Assembly (NCBI RefSeq): GCF_009914755.1
Contig: NC_060930.1
Reading direction: 5' to 3' (one strand)
Length of the DNA: 64,000 bases
Source of the DNA: the human T2T-CHM13v2.0 reference genome, Homo sapiens
Shown piece by piece: positions 1 to 15,244 of the stretch. The notes beneath the pieces are model-generated. The model was not told the origin of the DNA, ran no database searches, and saw nothing but the letters and a program-made list of their open reading frames with translations. Position 1 is the first letter of the stretch; every line of letters begins with the position of its first letter. The translations under genes and the position numbers were made by a program.

Positions 1-2353
<2,353 letters not shown>

Positions 2354-2501
2354 AGAGGAAATCATAAAGAAAATTTGTATATAAACCAGAATAACAAAAA
2401 CATTACCTGCCAGAATTTATGGGAAGTAGCCAAAGCATTATTAGAGGAAAAAAACTTTAAGAACTTCATCAGTAAAGCTGAAAATGAATTATGCGTACAT
2501 C

Positions 2502-3120
2502 TGTGAAACAATAAAATCTCTGGACCCCAAGCTCACTATGCCAAAGGGAAATTTAAGGTTGGAAACTGAGATATTCAAAACATTGTCTTCCTTTTGTTCC
2601 CAAACAGCTGTAATTTCACATACTTATTTTATCTTATGGAAAATGTAGATTTCCTGTGCATGAGACAAATGCATAATTAACTTTTTCCTCTACTCCCTTC
2701 TTTCCACATGTACAGTGTAGATTTACTGAGTGCTGGCCAGCTGCAATGTCTCACATCTGTAATCCTAGCACCTTGGGAGGCCAAGATGGGAAGATCGCTT
2801 GAGCCCAGGAGTTTGAGACCAACCTGGGCAACATAGTGAGACTTTGTCTTCAATTAGGAAAGAAAGGATTTACTGAGTGCTAATCAAAGCCTCACAATAT
2901 GTAACCACTTGCTTCATTGCCTATTCTCCCTCCTTTTTTTCTTCCTTTAATGCTTGCTCTTTCATCTTAAAATATTGAAGTTTCAAAAACTCTATCTGGA
3001 AAAAGCACAAGTCACAGATTCTACTATAAGTTGTGTTTCCTTTTCCTAGGTGCATCCTCAACCTTGGCAAAATAAACCTCTCAACACTTGAGTTGTGCCT
3101 CAGTCACTTTTTGGTTTACA
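2502..3120 (+). mobile_element. ERV1 solo LTR (MER4-group-like)
   Basis: TG...CA termini with 4-bp TSD CATC (2498-2501 / 3121-3124). 5' motif GGACCCCAAGCTCACTATGCCAAAGGG and AATAAA near 3071. Confidence 0.8.
2735..2866 (+). mobile_element. FLAM (free left Alu monomer)
   Basis: Single Alu left monomer with GATCGCTTGAGCCCAGGAG. Perfect 15-bp TSD GATTTACTGAGTGCT (2720-2734 / 2867-2881). Confidence 0.92.
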
Positions 3121-3506
3121 CATCTTAAGAAGTGAGAAAATAAAGAGCTAAGTAATCTCCAAGAAAGTAGAGGGAAATAAATAATGAAAATAAGAGTAAA
3201 TATTAATGAAATGGAAAACAAACATAAAATAGGACAAACAAAACAAATCTTTGTTAGATTAACAAAATCAATAAACTTCTGTCAAGCACACTCAGAAAAA
3301 AATGAAAAAAGGCAAACAATATTAGAAATGAAAAAGTGGACATACCTTCAGATACTGTAGATATTAAAATGATGAAGACACTTAAAGCAATTTATTCCCA
3401 TACATTGAAAGCATAAAAGAAAGGAACAAATTCCTAGAAAAATATTATCTACCAAGTGACTCAAGAAGATATAGAAAACCTGAATATCATTTGTCCATTA
3501 AAGCTG

Positions 3507-4105
3507 GTATAATATTGTGAAATAAATATTTGGTTTTCATTGGTCTAATCTCCTAAAATCCTTGGAATGTCCAAGTGACGTCTTTTTGTATGGTAATGAT
3601 TGATTGATGGCTGACCTTTCCTAGGCAGCTTCAGGATGGGAGCTTCTCACCGGAAAGACCAAGGCATAACTAGAGGATTGGAACGTTTCAGCTTCCATCA
3701 TGTCTACATAATGAAGCCTGCATAAAAACCCAGTGGGATGTGGTTCAGAGAGCTTGCAAATAGCCAAACACAAGGGGCTTACACATCGACAGGCTGGGAG
3801 GGTGGAGCACCCCAACTGCATGGTAACAGAAGCTCCTGGGCTTGGGACCTTTCCAGACCTGCCACTATGTATTTATTTGGCTATTTATTTGTGTCTAAAA
3901 TATTATTTGTAGTAAACTGGTAAATATTAAGTATTTCCCTGAGCTCTGGGCAGATAGTGTGAGAACTGAATTGAATTAAAGGATATTAGCTGATGCCCAC
4001 TGCAGAACTGATAGCTTGTTTGCTGGTAGGGAGAAATACCCATACATCTAGTGTCAGAAATGTGCTGTGAGAGAAGACAGAAACTGCGTTTGTTTTTGCT
4101 TATCA
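3507..4105 (+). mobile_element. MER21-family LTR
   Basis: Diagnostic motifs CTCCTAAAATCCTTGGAAT, AGCTTCAGGATGGG...GAAAGACCAAGGCAT and ATAATGAAGCCTGCATAAAAACCC. Confidence 0.8.
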
Positions 4106-4327
4106 GCTGAAATTGGCAAATGATGGTGTATGAGCTAAATCTGCACTGTGGTCAGTTTTTGTATAGCCTGCAAGCTAAGAAAGGTTTTTATATGTTTAAA
4201 ATTTATAAAATAGAAAAACAAAACCAAAAGAGAATATGTTACAGAGTTTGCATGTGGCCCACAGAGTCTAAAATATTTAATATCTGGACCTCTATAATAG
4301 AAGGAAGAAAAAGTTTGCTGATCCTTG
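4106..4327. mobile_element. MER58-like hAT-Charlie MITE (its first few bases appear to lie at about 3504-3506)
   Basis: TTGGCAAA...GTGGCCCACAGAGTCTAAAATATTTAATATCTGG...AAAGTTTGCTGATCCTTG. 8-bp TSD CATTAAAG (3496-3503) / CATTAAAA (4328-4335). Confidence 0.8.
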
Positions 4328-4959
4328 CATTAAAACAATTTAATCACTATTTAAAAATTCTTCAGGGAAACTCTAGGCCCATGTGATGTTAGGGGTGAGT
4401 TCTATCAAATATTCAAAGGACAAACAATTCCAGTGTTACCCAAATTTTTCTAGACTATAGAAAAAGAGCATTACCCAACTCATTTTAGAAATTAGTATAA
4501 CCTTAATAACCAAACCTGACAAAGATAGAATAGTTACAGGACATTCGTACTTGTGTACACAGATGGAAAGCCTTAAAATATTTTTAGCAAATCTAATCAT
4601 CAATATATAAAACGTGTAATAAATATAACAGAAAAAGTATATCTCAACCCCTTTCCATTGGCTGGGTCAAAAGAGCACATCATATGCACAAGAATAAGAA
4701 TGTCTGTTTCCAAGTCTGTAAGGTTTTTATAAACAGAAATGAAGAGGGTAGCCAAATCCCTATTGCTCTGTACTCTCCTAAACTCAGCCTTACTATTACT
4801 ACACCTACAGATTATCAGAAACAATATGGTTATGCTTGCTATATTTTTCTATGTTAGTTTTACAAAAAACACCATATTCTTTTGTCATCCCCATCTCTTG
4901 TTTTCTCTTACCATTCATCTGAACATTCTATTCTCTTCCTCTCCCACCTTTCTTCAACA

Positions 4960-5684
4960 CCTGAAATCTTTCCACTGCGACTTCTGGAGCTAACATTGAG
5001 TCATTGGCTAAATTCCTTAGGTTTTCAAACTTTTGCTTAAATGCTTACTTCACTTTCTTGCTTTTGTGGAAACCTGACTTTCACCAGAGGACATTGCTCC
5101 TAATACTGTCTTCTCAATCTCAAGTGGTGGATTATTCTCCCTCCACACTTCTCCCTACTCCCAGAATTAAATCTTGAGATTCAGTGATGTTCCAGATCAT
5201 TCTTTCTCTCTCCTCTGAAGCCTCCACTCAAATTTTGCATTTCAGATTATCAGTTAACACAACTCTCCTTTTTTGCAGTCATTTACTGAGCCTGGTTCAT
5301 TCATCCCCATTCCTTAAAATTTTACCTCCCAGCTATGTCTTACTCTCTCCAACACTATTCTTATCTTAACTATTAGAGATTTCAACAGTCACATAGGTAA
5401 TCCCTTTAAGATCTTACTCTCTCAGTTCATTGACCTCCTATCTTTTAATGAGTATGTTATTTATCCTACCTTAGCTACTTATTCTCAGCAGCATACACTA
5501 GCCCTTTTCAGTACCAATGTTAACACTTTCAAAATTCTCAGTTTCAAGTATCCCATTTTCTGAACACCATTTCATCTTTTTACAGCTTTGTTGCTGTAAT
5601 ACTCTTACAAGGTAATTTATGTAATGCCTAGAATAGTGCTTGGCAAGTTGGGGTAAAGGGCATACTTGTGAAATGAATGAATGA
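4960..5684 (+). mobile_element. L2 element: 5' endonuclease region joined to the 3' terminus
   Basis: CTTTCCACTGCGACTTCTGG...GAAACCTGACTTTCACCAGAGGACA resembles the L2 ORF2 start. GCCTAGAATAGTGCTTGGCA...AATGAATGAATGA is the L2 3' tail. Confidence 0.7.
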
Positions 5685-7160
5685 TCAGTTTGGGTTTATT
5701 CCAGGAATAAAAAATAAGTACAAAAATAGAATATTTATTAATGTCATTTACCACATTAACAGATTAGAAAAGAAAAGCCATATAATTTAATATATGTAGA
5801 AAAATGTTGTGATAAAATAACACCCATTGAAAATTTAAATAAAATTAAAATCTTTTAACAATCTAGCAATAGAAAGAAACTTGGAATAATAAAAGATATC
5901 TATTAAAAAACAATATAGAAAACAGTATACATCATAAAACCTTCCCTTTGAGAATGAGAGTAAAGATGTCCCCTGTCTTCTATTCAGAGAGTCTAGACAG
6001 TAAAAAATGTCAAGGAAAAAAGCACACATATTACAAAGAAGTAAACAAATTGTCATCATTGTCAAAAAATTAAATTGTGAAGAAAATCCAAAGGAATATG
6101 GTAAAAATTTATTAAATAACTCATTTCACAAGATTTTTAGATTTAAGAATCAATATACAAGTATCAATTTCTATGCAACACAAAAAATATTTAGAATATT
6201 GAAATTTAAAATGATGCCATTTAAAATATTATCAAAACATCAAATGTAGAGGAATTAATATAATCATACATGAGCAACACCTTTATAGAGAAAATTATAA
6301 AACTTTAATTAAAGTTATTAAAGACCTAAATAAAGGAAGAGATGTAACATAGTCATGGACTGGAAGACAATATTTTAAATATGTCAATTCTTCCTCTATT
6401 AATCTATGGGCTAATGATGGTTCAATAAAGTTCCAAATCAGGTTTCTGTTTGGAGATAGGAGAGGTTGTTGCAAACGTAACGAGGTGATTCTAATTTTTA
6501 TGTAGAAATACCAAGAGCCAAGAATAACCTATGTACACTTAAATAAGAAGACCATAGGGGCATTAGCTCTACTTAATATCCAGATTTTTTATTATAAACT
6601 ATAGTTATAAATACACCGAGACATTGGTTCAGTGATAAGTATCTAAGTGGTACAGAATAGGGCACCCCAAAACAGATCACACAAATGAGACTTGACATAT
6701 GATAGAGGTTTCATTGCAGATAGGTGGGAAAAGAATTTTTTAAAAATAAATTATGTGAAAAAATTGATTATTCATATGGAACAAATTAAACTGAGATTCT
6801 AATTTTTGTACAACACAAAAATCAATTCCAGGTAGAATAAAGGTATAAATCTGAAAGGCAACATTTTAAGATTTGAAAGAATAAATTTGAGAACATCTTT
6901 ATGAGCTGAGGTCAGGAAGAATTTATAAATAGACACAGAAGGACAAAACTAATGGAAAATACCAATCAATTTCCCTTCCTTATAATTAAGGAACTTTTTT
7001 CCTTTTAAAAAATAGCAAAAAATAGGTAAAAAAAAATAGCTAGGAGAAAAGTTTGCAACATATATAACTGAAAAAGATTAGTATTTAGAATACACAAGGA
7101 ACTTTAACCTGTCAGTAAGGGAAAGAATATGACAGAAAAAAAATCACGTAGTGTCTTTCT

Positions 7161-10100
7161 TTTTTATGTATGTATTTTATTTATTATTTTTATTGTTATT
7201 TCAATAGTTTTTGGGGAACAGGTGGTGTTCAGTTACATACATAGGTTCTGTACATAGATAAGAAATCATAGTGATTTCTGAGATTTTGGTGCACCCATCA
7301 CCTGAGCAGTGCACACTGCACCCAATGTGTAGTCTTTTATCCCTCACCCCCTCCGATCCTTTAACCCAAGTCCCCAGAGTCCATTATGTCGTTCTTATGC
7401 CTGTGCATCCTGAGAGCTTAGCTCCCACTTATATGAGAGAACATACGATGTTTGGTTTTCCATTCCTGAATTACGTCACTTAGAATAACGGTCTCCAGCT
7501 ACATCCAGGTTGCTGCAAATGCCATTGTTTTGTTCCTTTTTATGGCTGAGTAGTAATTCACGGTAGTATTTCAGTATATAATATGTGATATATATATATT
7601 TCATATATATTTATATATCATATTTTCTTTATCCACTTGTTGGTTGATGGGCATTTAGGTGGGTTTCATATTTTTGCAGTTTCAAATTGTGCTGCTATAA
7701 ACGTGTGTGCAAGTGTCTTTTTTTCATATAATGACTTCTTTTCCTCTGGGTAGACACCCAGTAGTGGGATTCCTGGATCAAATGGTTGTTCTACTTTTAG
7801 TTCTTGAAGGAATCACCATACTGTTTTCCATAGTGGTTATATTAGTTTATAGTCTCACCAGCAGTGTAAAAATATTCCCTTTTCACCACATCCACACCAA
7901 CATCAATTATTTTTGATTTTTAAATTATGGTCTTTCTTGCAGGAGTAAGGTTGTATTGCAATGTGGATTTGATTTGCATTTTCTTGATAACTGGTGATGT
8001 TGAGCATTTTTTCATGTTTGTTGGTAATTTGTATATCTTCTTTTGAGAATTATCTATTCATGTCCTTAGCCAACTTTTTGATGGGATTGTTCATTTCTTG
8101 CTGAGTTCTTTGTAGATTATGGATGTTAGTCCTTTGTCAGATGCATAGTTTGTGAAGATTTTCTTCCACTCCGTGGATTGTCTGTTTACTCTGCTGATTA
8201 TTTCTTATACTCTGCTTTTCATTTTAATTAAGTCCGATCTATTTATCTTTGTTGTTGTTGTTGCACTTGCTATTGGGTTCTTGGTCATGAACTCTTTGGT
8301 TAAGCCAATGTCTAGAAGAGTTTTTCTGATATTATCTTCTAGAATTTGTATGGTTTCAGGTCTTAGATTTAAGTCTTTGATCCATCTCGAGTTGATTTTT
8401 GTAAAAGGTGAGAGATGAGGATTCAGTTTCATTCTTCTACATGTGGCTTGCAAATTATCTAAGCACCATTTGTTGAATAGGGTCTTCCTAGGATTGTTTT
8501 TCTAGTTCTGTGAAGAACGATGATGGTATTTTGATGGAAATTGCATTAAAATTATAGATTGCTTTTTGGCAGTATGGTCATTTTCACAATATTGATTCTA
8601 CCCATCCATGAGCATGGGATGTGTTTTTATTTGTTTGGGTTGTCTATGATTTCTGTCAGCAGTGTTTTGTAGATTTCCGTGTAGAGCTCTTTTAACTTTT
8701 TGGTGAGGTATATTTCCTAAGTATTTTATTTTATTTTTGCAGCTGTTGTAAAAGGGGTTGAGTTCTTGATTTGATTCTCAGCTTGGTTGCTGTTGGTGTA
8801 TAGCAGTGCAACTGATTTGTGTACATTGATTTTGTATCCTGAAGCTTTACTGAGTTCGTTTATCAGATCTTGGAGGTTTCTGGGTGAATCTTAGGGTTTT
8901 CTAGGCATATGATCATGTTAGTGGCAAACAAAGACAGTTTGACTTCCTCATTACCAATTTAGATGTCCTTTATTTCTTTCTCTTGTCTGATTACTCTGGC
9001 TAGGAATTCCAGTGCTATGTTGAATAGAAAGTGGTGAGGGTGGGCATCCTTGCCTTGTTCCAGTTCTCAGGGGAATGGTTTCAACTTTTCCCCATTCCGT
9101 ATAATGTTGGCTGTGGGTTTATCATAGATGGCTTTTATTACCTTCAGGTATGTCCCTTATATGCTGACTTTGCTGAGGGTTTTAATCATAAAGCAGTGCT
9201 GGATTTTGTCAAGTGCTTTTTCTGCATCCACTGAGATGATCATGTGATTTTTGTTTTTAATTCTGTTTATGTGGTGTATCACATTTATTGACTTGTGTAT
9301 GTTAAACCAATCCTGCATCCTAGGTATGAAATCCACTTGATCTTGGAGTATTATCTTTTTGATATGCCGTTGAATTTGGTTGGCTAGTATTTTGTTGAAG
9401 AGTTTTCATCTATGTTCATCAGGGATATTGGTCTGTAGTTTTGTTGTTGTTATGTCTTTTCTTGCTTTTGGTATTAGGTTAATACTGGCTTCATAGAATG
9501 ATTTAGGGAGGATTCCCTCTTTCTCTGTTTTTTTGGAATAGTTTCAGTAGGATTGGTACCAATTCTTCTTTGAATGTCTGATAGAATTCAGCTGTGAATC
9601 CATCTGATCCTGGACTTTTTTTTTTTTGGCAATATTTTTACTACCATTTCAATCTTGCTACTTGTTATTGGTCTGTTCAGAGTTTTTATTTCTTCCTGGT
9701 TTAATCTAGGAAGGCTGTATATTTCCAGGAATTTATCCATAACCTCTAGGTTTTCTAGTTTGTGTGCATAAAGTTGTTCATAGTAATCTTGAATAATTTT
9801 TTGTATTTATGTGGTATTGGTTGTAATATCTCCCATTTGATTTCTATTTCAGCTCATTTGGATCTTGTCTCTTCTTTTTTGGTTAATCTCACAAATAGTC
9901 TATCAATTTTGTTTATCTTTTCAAGGAACCAGCTTTTTGTTTTACTTATCTTTTGTATTTTTTTTTTTTTTGTTTCAATTTCATTTAGTTCTGCTCTGAT
10001 CTTGGTTATTTCTTTTCTTCTGCTGGGTTTGGGTTTGGTTTTTCTTGTTTCTCTAGTTCCTTAAGGTGTGACCTTAGATTGCCTATTTGTGTTCTTTCAG

Positions 10101-13100
10101 ACTTTTTGATGTAGGCATTTAATACTATGAACTTTCCTCTTAGCACTGCTTTTGCTGTATCCCAGAGGTTTTGATTGGTTGTGTCACTATTATTGTTGAG
10201 CTCAAAGAATTTTTAAATTTCCATCTTGATTTAATTGTTGACCCAAGGGTCATTCAGGAGCAGATTATTCAATTTGTATGTATTTGTATAGTTTTGAGGG
10301 TTCCTTTTATAGTTAATTTCCAATTTAATCCATTGTGGTCTGAGAGAATACTTGGCATAATTTAGATTTTCTTAAATTTATTGAGACTTGTTTTTTATGG
10401 CCTATGACATGGTCTATCTTGAAGAATGTTCCATGTGCTGATGAAAAGAATGCATATTCTGCCATTGTTGGGTAGAATGTTTTGTAAATATCTTTTAAGT
10501 CCATTTGTTGTAGGGCATAGTTTAAGTCCACTGTTTCTTTGTTGACTTTCTGTCTTGATGACCCATGCAGTACTGTCAGTGGAGTATTGAAGTCTCCCAA
10601 TATTATTGTGTTGCCATCTGTCTCATTTCTTAGGTCTAGCAGTAATTGTTTTTATAAATTTGGGAGCTCCAATGTTAAGTGTGTATATATTTAGGATTGT
10701 AATATTTTTCTGTTGGTCTAATCCTTTTCTCATTATATAAAGTTTCTCTTTGTCTTTTTTAACTGCTGTTGCTTTAAAGTCTGTTTTGTCTCATATAAGA
10801 ATAGCTAGGTACTTCTGCTCGCTTTTGTTGTCAATTTGCATGGAATATCTTATTCTGTCCCTCTCCCTTAAGTTTATGTAAGTCTTTATGTGTTATGTGA
10901 GTCTTTTGAAGACAGCAAATATTTGGTTGCTGGATATTTATTCATTCTTCTATTTGTATCTTTTAAGTGAAGCATTTAGGCCATTTACATTCAACATTAT
11001 TATTGGGATGTGAGGTACTGTTTTATTCATCATGCTAGTTGTTGCTTGAATACCTTGCTTTTTTTTTCATTCTGTTATTGTTTTATAGGTCCTGTGAGAT
11101 ATATGCTTCTACTTTGGTGTATTTTGATGTTTTGTTTCAAGATTTAGAACTTTATTTTAGCATTTTTTTGTGTGTGTGTGTGGTGCCGGCTTGGTAGTGG
11201 TGAATTCTCTCAGCATTTGTTTGTCTGAAAAATATTTTATTTCTCCTTCATTTATGAAGCTTAGATTTTCTGGATATGAAATTCTTGGCTGATAATTATT
11301 TTGTTTCAGAAGGCTAAAGATAGAATCGCAATTCCTTCTGGCTTGCAAGGTTTCTGCTGAGAAATCTGCTGTTAATCCGATAGGTTTTCCTTTATAGGTT
11401 ACCTGATGCGTTTTCCTCACAGATCTTAAAATTTTTACTTTCATCTTGACTTTAGATAACCTGATGACTATGTGCTTAGGTTATGATCTTTTTGCGATGT
11501 ATTTCCTGGGTGTTTGTTGAGCTTCTTGTATGTGGATGTCTAGATCTCTAGCAAGACCAGGGAAGTATCCCTCAATTATTTCCTCAAATAGGTTTTCCAA
11601 ACTTTTAGATTTCTCTTCTTCCTCAGGATCAACAGTTATTCTTAAGTTTGGTCATTTAACATAATCCCACATTTCTGGAGGCTTTGTTCATTTTTAAAAA
11701 TCTTTTTTCTTTGTCTTTGTCAGATTGGGTTAATTCCAAAACCTTGTCTCGAGCTCTGAAATTCTTTCTTCTAGTTATTCACTTCTATTGTTGAAACTTT
11801 CCAGTGTATTTTGTATTTCCCTGAGTGTGTCTTTCATTTCAAGAAGTTGTGATTGTCTTTTCTTTATGATATAAATTTCTCTGGAGACTTTTTCATCCAT
11901 ATTCTATATTGCTTTTTAAATTTCTTCAGGTTGATTTTCACCTTTCACCTTTCTCTGGTGCCTCCTTGAGGCATATAATAATTGACCTTCTATATTCTTT
12001 TTCTGGCAATTCAGAGATTTCTTCTTGGTTTGGATCCATTACTGGTGAGCTAGTGTGATCTTTTAGGGGGTGTTATAGAACCTTGTTTTGTCATATTACC
12101 AGAATTACTTTTCTGGTTCCTTCTAATTTAGGTAGACTGTTTCAGTAAAAAGATCTGGAACTCAAGGACTGCTGTTCAGATTTTTTTGTCCCACGGGGTG
12201 ATCCCTTGATGTGGTGCTCTTCCCTTTTCTCTAGGGGTAGGGCTTCCTGAGAGCTAGACTGCAGTGATTGTTATTGCCCTCCTGGGTCTAGCCACCCAGT
12301 GGGGATACAGGGCTTCAGGATGGTGCTGGGAAATATATGAAAAGAGTCCTGTGATGTGATTGGTTTTCAGGTCTACCAGCCATGGATACTAGCACCTGCT
12401 CCAGTGATGGTGGCAGGAAACTGAAGTGGACTCTGTGGGAGTCCTCATTTACAGTGCACCTTTTTTTAGTGCACTGGTTTTCTCAAATGCTGGTTATGCT
12501 AGCAGAGAAGTTGTCATGTGGATAGACTCATGACCTCTGGTTGGCCAGGGTGCTGCAGGCAGTGGAATTAGCTGTTGTTTTCTCCTTTTTTTTGGAGCAG
12601 GGTGTTTTGTTATGAGTTGCTGTAATGGCTTGAGTTGGTTGGCCTCCAGCCAAGAGGTAGTGTTTCAAGAGAGTGCCAGCTGTAGTGGTAGAAGGGGGAT
12701 ATAATATTGCCCTACATTGGCCAGGATGAGTACTTGGGTTTCTCAGGTGATGGTTGGGGCCATATAGCTTCCAGGAGATTATGTCCTTTGTCTGCAGTTA
12801 CCAGGGCAGGTAGAGAAAAAACATCAGGTGGGGTCAGGGCCAGGTGGGCCTGAGCTCATACTCTCCTTGGGTGGGGCTTACTGTGGCCACTATTGGTGAT
12901 GGGAGGTGGTTCTCAGGTGATGGAGTTATGTTCCCAGGGGGATTATGGCTGCCTCTGCTGTGTCATAAAGGTCATCAGCTAAGGGGAGGAAAGCTGCAGT
13001 GACAGGCCTCACCCAGCTCCCACACAGTCAGCTAGGCCAGTCTCACTCCCATGTGTCTCCCCAACAGCACTGAGTTTGTATTCAGGCAGCCAGTGGGAGA

Positions 13101-13621
13101 GCAGGGCTGAGATTTTGCTCCAGACTATAAGCTTGCTTGCTGACCCTTCCCCAGTTCCACTGGCTGCCTTCCCTTCCCAAAGCACCTCTGTGAGATAAGG
13201 TCAGGAATAGCTTTCCTGGGGCTCTAGCTGAGGACCAGGAGTACCTACAGGGCTCTTCCCATTGCTTCTTCTACTTTTATATTTTTCTCAGCTCTCTAAA
13301 TCTGCTTCAGCTCTAGATAAGGTTAAATCCTTTTCCTGTGATCTGGATTTTCATGATCTCCAGTAGGGATGTATGTTCAGAGGTCAACTTTTCCTCCTCT
13401 CATACTTTGGGTATTCAGTTTTTCAATTGTCTCACAGTGTTTGCAGTGGCAAGTTGCTTCTTTGAAATGGCCTGTGAATTTCTTCAGTTCTTCTGGTATG
13501 CTCCTGCAGTGGTTCTTGGAGCAAAAGTTCACAATGTGAGTCTCCAGACACTGTTTTCTTCATCTAAGTGGCAGCTGCACATTAGTCCTGTCTCCTATCT
13601 GCCATTTTTAGCCATTTCCTC
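7161..13621 (-). mobile_element. Full-length decayed L1PB (L1PB1/2-like)
   Basis: L1PB 3'UTR (GGGGAACAGGTGGTGTT...GGTGCACCCATCACCTGAGCAGTG). Minus-strand ORF2 remnants (8205-8453; 10325-10600 with GDFNTPL) and ORF1 remnant (11157-11444). 5'UTR runs to about 13621. Degenerate TSD CACGTAGTGTCTTTCT / CACTTAGGCTCTTTCT (13/16). Confidence 0.92.
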
Positions 13622-13637
13622 CACTTAGGCTCTTTCT

Positions 13638-13915
13638 AGAAGAGGAAATCCAAACAATCAATTACCATATGAAGATTTGTCCCACATCATTAGTAATCAC
13701 CAAAATGTCAATAAAATCATAATGGTTTATAATTTTTGATCCATCAAATTTTGAACCTTAAACAAGTTTCACAATGGCAAGTATTGTCAAGGATGTAGAA
13801 CAATAATAATAATACACACTATTATTACTCTACCTCCTGCAGCCTGGGTGGCCACACATCCGTGTCTGTCTGCAGGTGTGTGTGTGGTGGCATATGTTGG
13901 TAAAAACACTGTGGA
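13638..13915 (+). mobile_element. Ancient L1M ORF2 3' fragment (continuation of the host element)
   Basis: GAAGAGGAAATCCAAA...CATATGAAGA...CATCATTAGTAATC matches L1 ORF2 C-terminal coding sequence. It continues at 20344-20372. Confidence 0.7.
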
Positions 13916-15244
13916 TTCCCAGGCAAGATGGCTGAATAGGAAGAGCTCCAGTCTGCAGCTCCCAGCTAGACCAGTGCAGAAGGTGGGTGATTTCTGCATT
14001 TCCAACTGAGGTACCCGGTTCATATCATTGGGACTGGTTAGACAGTGGATGCAGCCCATGGAGGGCAAGCAGAAGCAGGGCAGGGGTGTCACCTCACCCA
14101 GGAAGTGCAAGGGGTTGGGGAACTCCCTCCCCTAGCCAAGGGAAGCCGTGAGGGACCATGCCGTGAGAGATGGTGCTATCCATCCCAGATACTACGATTT
14201 TCCCATCCTTCACAACGCACAGACCAGGAGATTCCCTGGTTTCAAGCACAAAACTGGGCGGCCATTTGGGCAGACACTGAGCTAGCTGCAGGAGTTTTTT
14301 TTTTCATACCCCAGTGGTGCCTGGAATGCCAGTGAGACAGAACTGTTCCCTGCCCCGGAAAGGGGGCTGAAGCCAGGGAGCCAAGTGGTCTAGCTCAGCA
14401 GATCTCACCCCCACAGAGCCCAGCAAACTAAGATCCACTGGCTTGAAATTCTTGCTGCCAGCACAGCAGTCTGAAGTCTACCTGGAATGCTCAAGCTTGG
14501 TGGGGGGAGGGGCATCTGCCATTACTGAGGCTTTGGTAGGCAGTTTTCCCCTCACAGTGTAAACAAAGCCACTGGGAAGTTCGGACTGGGTGGAGCCCAC
14601 CACAGCAGACTGCCTCTCTAGTTTTCCCCTCTCTGGTCAGAGTCAGACTGCCTCTCTCCATTCCTCTTTTCTAGGCAGGGCATCTCTGAAGAAAGGCAGC
14701 AATCCCAGTCAGGGGCTTATAGATAAAACTCCCATCTCCCTGGGACAGAGCCCCTGGGGGAAGGGGCAGTTGTGGGTGCAGCTTCAGCAGACTTAAGTTT
14801 TCCTCCTTGCTGGCTCTAAAGACAGCAGTGGATCTCCCAGCACAGCATTTGAGCTCTGCTAAGGGACAGACTGCCTCCTCAAGTGGGTTCCTGACCCCTG
14901 TGCCTCCTGACTGGTAGATACTTCCCAGCAGGGGTCAACAGACACCTCATACAGGAGAGCTCTGGCTGGCATCTGGTGGGTGCCCCTCTAGGACGAAGCT
15001 CCAGAAGAGGTAGCAGGCAGCAATCTTTGCTGTTATGCAGCCTCCGCTGGTGATACCCAAGCAAACAGGGTCTGGAGTGGACCCCCAGCAAACTCCAGCA
15101 GACCTATAGAAGAGGAGCTTGACTGTTAGAAGAAAAACTAACAAACAGAAAGCAATAGCATCAACATCAACAAAAAGAAGACCATGCAAAAACTGCATCT
15201 GAAGGTCCCAACAGCAAAGACCAAAGGTAGATAAATCCATGAAG

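Larger units (their letters stand above)
2354..7144 (+). mobile_element. Ancient L1M (L1ME-like) ORF2, fragmented: about 2354-2501, 3121-3503, 4328-4630, 5681-7144
   Basis: Degenerate, collinear L1 ORF2 similarity that resumes across each insertion (e.g. AATTTATGGGAAGTAGCCAAAGCA, CATCTTAAGAAG, GGGTTTATTCCAGGAAT). Confidence 0.8.
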
